NCBI GenBank assembly: GCA_038889235.1 | Contig: JAWAHN010000001.1 | Coordinates: forward strand, 30,001-62,000 | Origin: Candidatus Jordarchaeales archaeon | GTDB lineage: Archaea > Asgardarchaeota > Jordiarchaeia > Jordiarchaeales > Freyrarchaeaceae | Direction of reading: 5' to 3' | Length of the DNA: 32,000 nt | Shown here: piece after piece, positions 25,452 to 32,000 of the stretch | How the letters are laid out: each line of letters opens with the position of its first letter | How positions within the stretch are numbered: position 1 is the first letter of the stretch | Program-made: the position numbers and the translations under genes | The notes under the pieces: model-generated | The model's input: only the letters and a program-made list of their open reading frames with translations | Told to the model about the DNA's origin: nothing | The model's database searches: none

Positions 25452-26386
25452 CTCTCAACGAAGACTTTTAACGCCAGGAGGACTAGGAACGACACAGCGA
25501 GGAGTATCAGGGACGCTGCGATGCTGTGGTAGATGCCTCCAGCCCAAAACCTCCAATATATAGCAGTGGTTAGAGTGTAGCTTTGCCCCGGGATGTTGTT
25601 TGAGAGCATTATGGTCGCACCAAACTCGCCCATAGCCCTAGCCCACATGGTAGCCCAGCCGGCGGCTAGCCCCCTCGCTGAGAGGGGGAGCGTAACTGAG
25701 CGGAAAACCTTGAACCTAGATGCCCCCAAGCTTCTCGCAGCAAGTTCAAGGCTTACCGGGACCTCTTCGAAGGAAGTTATCGCGGACCGGATAAAAAAGG
25801 GTGACGCGACGAATATTTGAGCCAGTATTATCCCGCGCCAAGTGAAGACCAGTTCTAATCCAACCTGCTTTAAGAGGGAGCCGAGCGGGGTGTTGGGTCC
25901 GAGTAGCAAGATTAAGCTTATGCCTACTACGACGGGCGGGAGAACAATGGGGAGCTCGACGAGCGCTTTAAGCACATGCCTCCCGGGGAAGTTGTAGCGG
26001 GCGAGCAGGTAGGCTAAGGGGAGGCCGAAACATGTGCAGACCAGGCATGAAACAGTAGATGTTACGAGGCTGACCCTCAACGCGCTCACCAAAACTTCGT
26101 CTTGGAACGCTGAAAGGATAGGGTTCCCAGCGTAGTTCCAGAGCTCTGAAAGAAAGGCTTCGAAGTCCCCGGACGCGAGGAAACCGTACAATCGTTGGAG
26201 GGATGCTGGGTCTGCGTAGGCTGGGTTTAGCAACGAGTAGACCAGCGTGCCTATGGGCGCGAGAAAAACTGCGGCGAAAAAGGAAAAGCCCAGCAATATC
26301 ACGCAGAGCGTGAAAAGCGGAATTTCACGCCTGCACCCAACTTTGACCTCTTCGCTTTGATGCGTCAACGTCAACCCTCCACGCAC
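25448..26386 (-). CDS. wtpB: Tungstate/molybdate ABC transporter permease
   Basis: LVELPIVLPPVVVG, AQIFVASPF, EAA-like LELAARSLGAS and ARAMGEFGAT (ModB/WtpB signature). Confidence 0.85.
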   Translation of the reverse strand: MRGGLTLTHQSEEVKVGCRREIPLFTLCVILLGFSFFAAVFLAPIGTLVYSLLNPAYADPASLQRLYGFLASGDFEAFLSELWNYAGNPILSAFQDEVLVSALRVSLVTSTVSCLVCTCFGLPLAYLLARYNFPGRHVLKALVELPIVLPPVVVGISLILLLGPNTPLGSLLKQVGLELVFTWRGIILAQIFVASPFFIRSAITSFEEVPVSLELAARSLGASRFKVFRSVTLPLSARGLAAGWATMWARAMGEFGATIMLSNNIPGQSYTLTTAIYWRFWAGGIYHSIAASLILLAVSFLVLLALKVFVER

Positions 26387-27438
26387 ACCTCTCTTATTTG
26401 GAGAGGTGCAAGGTGAGCGTTACCCATTAGGATGGGTGGTGAGACCACCGGTTGGTAGTTTCTCTCAATTATCGATGACCCCTCCGTCAGCACGAAGCGC
26501 AGGAAGATAGTAGCCCAGTACGGGTTGCTGGCGGTGGTAGGAATGGAGGCAGCGTAAGCTATTGATGAACCACGGTAGGTTTTACCGCTCTCCGTAGTGA
26601 TCGTGAAACGCGAGTACCACTCGTTGAACTCGCTCGACGGATCCCCCAGGCTGACGTTTCTAGGCAACCTTATGTAGGGGAGCCCGTGCTGCTTGGCTAG
26701 GGAGAGGTACGTCCAGCCGGCGTCCAACCGGCCGGTTTGAAGCGCGACAAGTAAATCGAACTCCTTCGCAGCCACGAAAACGTTCCCAGGGTTAGCTAAG
26801 TACAGCGTTTGAACTATGCCGGCCTGAGGATACCCCGGGTACTCGTCTCTGTGATCTGGGTAGTAGGCGTCACATATGTTGAAAACTATGAGCGTCCTGT
26901 AGCCACACGGGTCGCTGTCGGGGTTCGCCCTCCCCCATTTCTTAACTATGTTTGGGTCTGCAAGCTTCCAGTACCAGTTTTTCTCGTCGAGCCCGGCGGG
27001 GTTTCCGGGGGCTAGCGCGAGAACTATCTCGTTCCTAGCGAAGACAACCCACCAGTCACAGTAGCGCCTTGCGAGGCCGGGAACGTAGCTTTTAAACAGT
27101 TCTTCCTCCACCACCATGTAGTCTGACACAAAGACCACGTCGCACCGCGCCCCGGCTTTCACCAAGCGGGCGCACTCGAGAGAGCCGCGCGCGAAGAAGT
27201 GAATCTTCACGTAGGGATATCTGGCTTCAAAGGCGTCGGCAAGCTCGCTCATCACGTTCGCCAGGCTCCCTGCACACAGCACGTGCACTTCTATGTAACC
27301 TCCAAACGGATAACCCCACTGGAGCTCCTGCAAGTATACGCCGTACGCGGAGGAGCCGACCAGAACGAGTAGGGCTACCAGAGTTATCTTCGACCTACGT
27401 GGGAGGAGCATCCTTCTAACCTCGTTATGAACAGCCAT
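26371..27438 (-). CDS. wtpA: Tungstate/molybdate ABC transporter substrate-binding protein (WtpA class)
   Basis: AGSL, RGS, SDY, FARNEIVL, NPDSDPCGYR and KEFDL; the WtpA-type Asp (DPCGY) and Glu (KE.DL) oxyanion ligands are present; N-terminal TM anchor. Confidence 0.88.
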   Translation of the reverse strand: MAVHNEVRRMLLPRRSKITLVALLVLVGSSAYGVYLQELQWGYPFGGYIEVHVLCAGSLANVMSELADAFEARYPYVKIHFFARGSLECARLVKAGARCDVVFVSDYMVVEEELFKSYVPGLARRYCDWWVVFARNEIVLALAPGNPAGLDEKNWYWKLADPNIVKKWGRANPDSDPCGYRTLIVFNICDAYYPDHRDEYPGYPQAGIVQTLYLANPGNVFVAAKEFDLLVALQTGRLDAGWTYLSLAKQHGLPYIRLPRNVSLGDPSSEFNEWYSRFTITTESGKTYRGSSIAYAASIPTTASNPYWATIFLRFVLTEGSSIIERNYQPVVSPPILMGNAHLAPLQIREVCVEG

Positions 27439-27624
27439 ACATATCGGAACGACATGACCCTAAAAACTTATTGCTGGTACCCAACTTTCTGCAGAGGGAC
27501 ATGCCAAATAACAGTGGAAGTTGGCGGCTTGTTTTCGGCGACCTGAGACGCTTCAATTGAGAGAACTACCTCTAGTAGCCGAGCGGCGCCGGCGTCCACG
27601 CATATGTAAAGGGAGGAAGGATTA

Positions 27625-27636
27625 AAGTTATAACTT
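27625..27636. promoter_or_regulatory. Perfect 12-bp palindrome AAGTTATAACTT containing a TATA-like TTATAA
   Basis: Read directly from the sequence, about 45-50 bp upstream of the likely aminotransferase start. Confidence 0.5.
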
Positions 27637-27684
27637 CAATTGGGGTTCTATGTAGATTGGTTCGCGGGGGGTTTGGACTTGCTG

Positions 27685-28830
27685 ATGTTCACTCCTGGGC
27701 CCACTGAGGTTCCATTAAGGGTTCTTAGGGCTATGGTGAGGGAGCTGCAGAACCCTGACTTGGATGAGGGGTTCGCCGAGTTCTACGACGGGCTTTGTGG
27801 TAAGTTAAAGAGGATTATGCGTACCAGTGGAGATGTCATAATTCACTCTGGTGAGGCGATAATGGGGCTTGAGGCGGCTGTCTATAGCTTGGTCAACCCG
27901 GGCGAGAAGGTTTTGACCATGACTTCCGGCGTTTATGGCGATGGTTTCATAAACTTCGTGAGGATGTATGGTGGCGTGCCTGTCGAAGTTAGAGTGGAGT
28001 ACGATGAGGTTGTCTTCCCGGAGAAAGTTGAGGAGACTTTGAGGAGGGAGAAGGATGTGAGTGTTGCGACGCTCGTGCACTGTGAGACGCCCAGTGGGAC
28101 GCTTAACCCTCTTGAAGAGATAGGGAGGATATGTGAGGAGCATGGGGTTCTACTTGTGGTTGACGCTGTGAGCAGTGTTGGGGGGGTGAACGTCGACGTT
28201 GACAGGTGGGGGGTGGACATTTGCATAGTTGGGTCCCAGAAGTGTTTCAGCGCGCCTCCCGGGCTTGGCATAATGACTGTGAGCGAGAAGGCTTGGGAAA
28301 AGATGGAGGAGAGACGGGGGAAGATGGGTGGCTTCTACTTGAATGTCCTTGTTTGGCGCGACTGGTGGTTTGAGAAGAGGATTTTTCCATACACGCACTC
28401 CGTTTCCCTGCTTTACGCCCTCGACGAGGCTTGCAACATTATTCTCGAGGAAGGACTGGAAAAAGTCTTCAGGAGGCACGAAGTTGTGGCGAAGGCCACG
28501 CGTGAAGGCGTTAAAGCGATGGGGCTCAAGCTTTTCCCGAAGTCGGAGGACTATTGTTCTCCCACGGTTACAGCTGTCGAGTCCCCTAGGGGGGTAAACG
28601 AGGCTGAACTGAGGCGTCGGATGAGGGAAAAATATGGGGTGATGATAGCTGGTAGCTGGGGGAAGCTGGCGGGCAGAGTGTTCAGGCTTGGGCACATGGG
28701 TTATAACGCTCAGCCATCGAAGGCGCTTGTGGCACTCGCGGCACTTTCACGTGCACTGTCGGACATGGGGTTCCCTTCGAAGACGCGGGAGGCGTTGAGC
28801 GCGGCTGAAGACGTCCTTTACGGCGACTAG
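27685..28830 (+). CDS. Class V PLP aminotransferase (alanine-glyoxylate/serine-pyruvate family)
   Basis: MFTPGP, HCETPSG, VDAVSS, PLP-Lys motif GSQKCFSAPPG and FRLGHMG. The frame opens at 27640; TTG 27679 or ATG 27685 fit the promoter position better. Confidence 0.92.
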   Translation: MFTPGPTEVPLRVLRAMVRELQNPDLDEGFAEFYDGLCGKLKRIMRTSGDVIIHSGEAIMGLEAAVYSLVNPGEKVLTMTSGVYGDGFINFVRMYGGVPVEVRVEYDEVVFPEKVEETLRREKDVSVATLVHCETPSGTLNPLEEIGRICEEHGVLLVVDAVSSVGGVNVDVDRWGVDICIVGSQKCFSAPPGLGIMTVSEKAWEKMEERRGKMGGFYLNVLVWRDWWFEKRIFPYTHSVSLLYALDEACNIILEEGLEKVFRRHEVVAKATREGVKAMGLKLFPKSEDYCSPTVTAVESPRGVNEAELRRRMREKYGVMIAGSWGKLAGRVFRLGHMGYNAQPSKALVALAALSRALSDMGFPSKTREALSAAEDVLYGD

Positions 28831-29735
28831 CCTGACGCCGCCGGGTTTGGCGGCTGGAGCCTTAGGTATAAGACTGTTTTTGTCTGCGAGTGCTCGGCAA
28901 ATGCGCGGAGAAGCCACAGCATGTCTTTTTCCTCAACAGTTGCCCCTGCAGCTTTCGCGTGCCCCCCGCCTCCGAAGGGCTCGGTTATTATCCTCGCGTC
29001 AATACTGCTTTCTTCTCCAACTCTTACGGATAGTTTAACTTTCCCCGGACTTTCCGGGTTCTTGTAGGCCACGATTACTGCGCTGCACCCTTTGGCGAGC
29101 AACTTGTGGGCTATGTCCTTGGCCATGTAGTAGGGGACTGCGTCGACCTCGTCGACGAACACGAGGGCGCCGTTAACGTTTCCCAGGGAGGCTACTACTG
29201 AGTTAAGCCATTCCTCGAGTTTCTCGATGTCCTTTAATTTCGAGTACTGTTCTTTGAACCACTCGTCTTCAATGAAGGATGCACCTTTCTCCGCTAGGAT
29301 TTTTGCTAGCCTCCTTCTACCTTCGTCGTCGTCATGGAGGAATTTTATCACCCTGTCAAGTTTGAGGGTCTTATCGGTGTGCTTGCCTGTGTCCGCTGCA
29401 ACCGCCATTTCAACTAGTTCGTCGGCGACGCCACCCTTGAGGTTAAAGTACTCGGCAACGAGCTTAGCTGCAGCGGGAGCGGATGGTATGACTAGGTCTT
29501 TCTCTGTGAGGCGTCCCTCTTCAACCAACTTGCGGTAGTTGCTTTCGTGGTGGTCGATGTTAGCCTTGCAGTTTGGAGACTTAGGTAGGTCTGCTACGAC
29601 GTCTAAAGTCTCCATTAATGATAAGGCGTCCTTTGGATTGTTCACGAACAGGATTTCCGCATCTGGGTCCTTGAGCAGGATTAGAGCAGCAGATATTATA
29701 CCGTCACAGTCAGTGCCGTGAACTGCGACCTTCAA
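28827..29735 (-). CDS. DHH/DHHA1 family phosphoesterase
   Basis: HGTDCDG, VADL, IDHHES, AADTG and GGGGHAKAAG motifs. Confidence 0.92.
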   Translation of the reverse strand: MKVAVHGTDCDGIISAALILLKDPDAEILFVNNPKDALSLMETLDVVADLPKSPNCKANIDHHESNYRKLVEEGRLTEKDLVIPSAPAAAKLVAEYFNLKGGVADELVEMAVAADTGKHTDKTLKLDRVIKFLHDDDEGRRRLAKILAEKGASFIEDEWFKEQYSKLKDIEKLEEWLNSVVASLGNVNGALVFVDEVDAVPYYMAKDIAHKLLAKGCSAVIVAYKNPESPGKVKLSVRVGEESSIDARIITEPFGGGGHAKAAGATVEEKDMLWLLRAFAEHSQTKTVLYLRLQPPNPAASG

Positions 29736-29916
29736 TACACGTCAACCTCCGGGAACCTTACCTACTTACGAAAAACAACTTTTAAAACGTTGTGAAGTGA
29801 GTGAAGTGGGCTTCATGTACGACTTTTCGGGTGCTAACTCCCGGTATTCGTAAACTATATTAGAGCTCTTGTGGAGGATGAGCATGTGCAAAGCCTAAAC
29901 CTTTAGGAGGGATTTA

Positions 29917-30936
29917 TTGAGGGACCCTAAGGAGCTACTTGTCTACCTCCTTCTTCGCTCGATGAAAGAGGCCACTCTGGATGAGCTTGCTGAGGCTGCG
30001 GGGATCCCGCGTAGGAATGCTATTAGGATCCTTAGGTCGTTTATTAGGCGTGGGGTTGCGAGGGAAGTTGGGGGAAAGGTGCTTTTCAACCCTCAACGTC
30101 CCAAAGGGTTTAAGGCTCCCTTCGGCGGTGAAGTCATCGAACTAAGCGTTTCGGTGGATAGAGACTTTATGAACGTTGGGGAGGTAAAGGTTCACCGGGG
30201 AGGAGAGCTCGTAGCTTCCATGCCGTGCGTGTTTAGCGAGGAGGGGTTCGTTGTCGACCTAAGCGACTTCCTCGCGTTCTACAGCGACGCTGCAAAGAGG
30301 AGCGGTTCACCCTTCTCGGTCAAGAAGGCGTACAACGTTTTCAGGAGACTAATGGAGGGGCGGGGAAACGTTAAAAATGCAGGACAGTGGGAGATAGATG
30401 CCGCCCTCGGAGCCATACTGATTTGCGGAGCTATATCGGAGGAGCTTGGACTAGACTATGTAATGACCACGATAGATTCGGCGAGCATCCCTAGGAGGGT
30501 CGAAGGCAAGGAGCTCGAGGAGATTAAAAGCACCACGGGGATCGACATTGTAGCAGGCTACTCTTTCCCCACGAAGCATGGCAGAGGGCTTCTGCTATTC
30601 GATAAAGCAGGCAAGATCTACTTCTCAATCAAGGGGGAGCTTTTAGCCGACCTAGAAGTCAAAGAGGAGGAGAACATTATAGAGATAGACTTCACGAAAC
30701 TGATTGAGGCTTACGCCAAGGTTGCCGAGAAGAAGAAAATGTGCTTCTCGGTTGAAAAAGTGGTTGACAACTTTTTCGCAATGCTTGAAAACGAGGGGAA
30801 GATTGAAGACTACTTGAAGTTGGTGAACCGTGACGAAGGCCTCCTCCTGGAGGCAATGTACAGGATAAGCGTGATATTCATGAGACTTAAAGGTAAGGAC
30901 GTCACGGCGAAGGTTGCCTATCCGTCCTCCAGCTAG
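29917..30936 (+). CDS. Winged-HTH protein with a large uncharacterised C-terminal region
   Basis: EATLDELAEAAGIPRRNAIRILRSFIRRGVAREVGG is a wHTH; TTG start after AGGAGG. Confidence 0.72.
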   Translation: MRDPKELLVYLLLRSMKEATLDELAEAAGIPRRNAIRILRSFIRRGVAREVGGKVLFNPQRPKGFKAPFGGEVIELSVSVDRDFMNVGEVKVHRGGELVASMPCVFSEEGFVVDLSDFLAFYSDAAKRSGSPFSVKKAYNVFRRLMEGRGNVKNAGQWEIDAALGAILICGAISEELGLDYVMTTIDSASIPRRVEGKELEEIKSTTGIDIVAGYSFPTKHGRGLLLFDKAGKIYFSIKGELLADLEVKEEENIIEIDFTKLIEAYAKVAEKKKMCFSVEKVVDNFFAMLENEGKIEDYLKLVNRDEGLLLEAMYRISVIFMRLKGKDVTAKVAYPSSS

Positions 30937-31922
30937 CTTGAAAGCACCCTTTCAACAGACATTAAGCGCATCTTCCACCTTTCGATAGACGAGAGGAACT
31001 CTTTTTTGAGCATTTCAAAGTCGCTGGGCGTGGCCTCCTTGAAAAGCCTATAATAGGACTTCATCTCGTAGAGTGATGGGTGAATGTACCCTATCGTCCT
31101 AACCAGCTGGTTTACCACATTGTTAAGTGTTTCCGCAACCTCGCTTGGAGATCCACCAGTCTCGATTATGTTTTTCAACTTGTTCATGGCTTCCTCGACG
31201 GCGGACGGCTTCGACAATTCCCTGGAAGAGATGATAGTCTCTCTTACGCTCCTCAGCATCTCCAGAAGCTTCTCCGAGTAGTTTTTCATCGACTCAAGGG
31301 CGTTTGCAAGAGAAAACGTCAGCTCGCTGAGTCTCCCTATGTCTCGCGAGTAGCCCTCCAGCTGCTCTAGGATTTTCTTGAAGGCATTAAGGGAACTCTC
31401 CAGGCGCTGCGCCGCGGATGCAAGCGTGCCGAGGTCGCTAATCATAGAGCTACCGGCCAACATGCTTTCCGCCCTCAACACGGCTTCCCTAAACAGCTTT
31501 AAAGCAGACTCAGCCATCTCGTATGGATCTTTAGCCACACTCCTCGCCTCTATGACCGGGCGCTCTACCATAGGAACCTCCACGTCTTCTAACGGTTTGC
31601 CTTCTATCATCGATTCAACCCTCTGGAGGACCAGTTCCTCGTCTCTTCCAAGTACCGGTATGGCTGTCTTATCCATGACGAGAACTATGTAGAGCTCAGC
31701 TCCCAGCTGGCGGAAAATGTAGTTGGCTTCGCCCAGCGACAACGCTATAGTCACACTTTTTCCATTTAGCTTCAGTTCCGACCTAATCCTGTCCACAACT
31801 ATTTTAACCCAGTTCGCAATGACCAGTGTCTTGTTTATCTCGTCCTCAGCCTCGAAACTCGTATCAACCAGGAACCCGTGTTCGCTAACCAACACGAAAC
31901 CCTTAAAGGGGTCTCTAACCAA
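30933..31922 (-). CDS. Roadblock/profilin-like N-terminal domain fused to a coiled-coil/helical region
   Basis: FKGFVLVSEHGFLVDTS...YIFRQLGAELYIVLVMDK roadblock-like pattern, a Pro/Glu linker, then heptad-rich helices. The frame is open to 32000; TTG 31922 is the suggested start. Confidence 0.6.
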   Translation of the reverse strand: MVRDPFKGFVLVSEHGFLVDTSFEAEDEINKTLVIANWVKIVVDRIRSELKLNGKSVTIALSLGEANYIFRQLGAELYIVLVMDKTAIPVLGRDEELVLQRVESMIEGKPLEDVEVPMVERPVIEARSVAKDPYEMAESALKLFREAVLRAESMLAGSSMISDLGTLASAAQRLESSLNAFKKILEQLEGYSRDIGRLSELTFSLANALESMKNYSEKLLEMLRSVRETIISSRELSKPSAVEEAMNKLKNIIETGGSPSEVAETLNNVVNQLVRTIGYIHPSLYEMKSYYRLFKEATPSDFEMLKKEFLSSIERWKMRLMSVERVLSS

Positions 31923-32000
31923 CTTACTGAGCTCGCCGTGAACTTCAAATATGGGGAAAAAGGACAATGCACACCACCAGCCCAAACATACTTCAAACAC

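Noticed and set aside
339-31941. Numerous short antisense or alternate-frame ORFs in the track (e.g. 1881-2180, 4676-5119, 12303-12869, 21091-21630, 28150-28695)
   Set aside because: They overlap well-supported genes and have Ser/Pro/Thr-rich shadow composition with no motifs.
30933-32000. Methyl-accepting chemotaxis protein
   Set aside because: No conserved MCP hairpin-tip motif (IA.QTNLLALNAAIEAARAG) and no che genes.
1-32000. CRISPR array, IS/transposase, integrase, rRNA/tRNA, inteins, Sec/Pyl readthrough
   Set aside because: No regularly spaced repeats, terminal inverted repeats, cloverleafs or intein motifs seen; recognisable genes are full-length without in-frame stops.

Overview
Gene-dense archaeal chromosomal window, about 50% GC by eye. 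It holds about 33 protein-coding genes with SD-like GGAGG/GGTGA motifs, BRE/TATA-like promoters and many TTG starts. I found no rRNA, tRNA, CRISPR array, transposase or integrase. Six proteins with roadblock, longin or uDENN-type folds point to an Asgard archaeon; the E/K/R/V-rich proteins suggest a thermophilic lineage such as Freyarchaeia/Jordarchaeia (inference). Housekeeping and metabolic genes: SAM methyltransferase, B3/4 domain protein, HDAC-family deacetylase, radical SAM enzyme, family 4 UDG, MFS transporter, YjbQ, enoyl-CoA hydratase, 4Fe-4S protein, galK/galT, WtpABC tungstate/molybdate transporter, class V aminotransferase and DHH phosphoesterase. Three things stand out. (1) A 291-aa protein (11260-12135) whose conserved-residue pattern follows the eukaryotic kinetochore protein CENP-N/Chl4. 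(2) A signalling-like cluster (12367-17706) of two KaiC-like ATPases, two paralogous uDENN/longin-like proteins, a GNAT acetyltransferase, a longin protein and a roadblock protein. (3) A folliculin/SMCR8-like uDENN protein with an internal 83-aa tandem duplication (23165-24319). All family assignments come from motifs and reference sequences recalled from memory; no searches were run.
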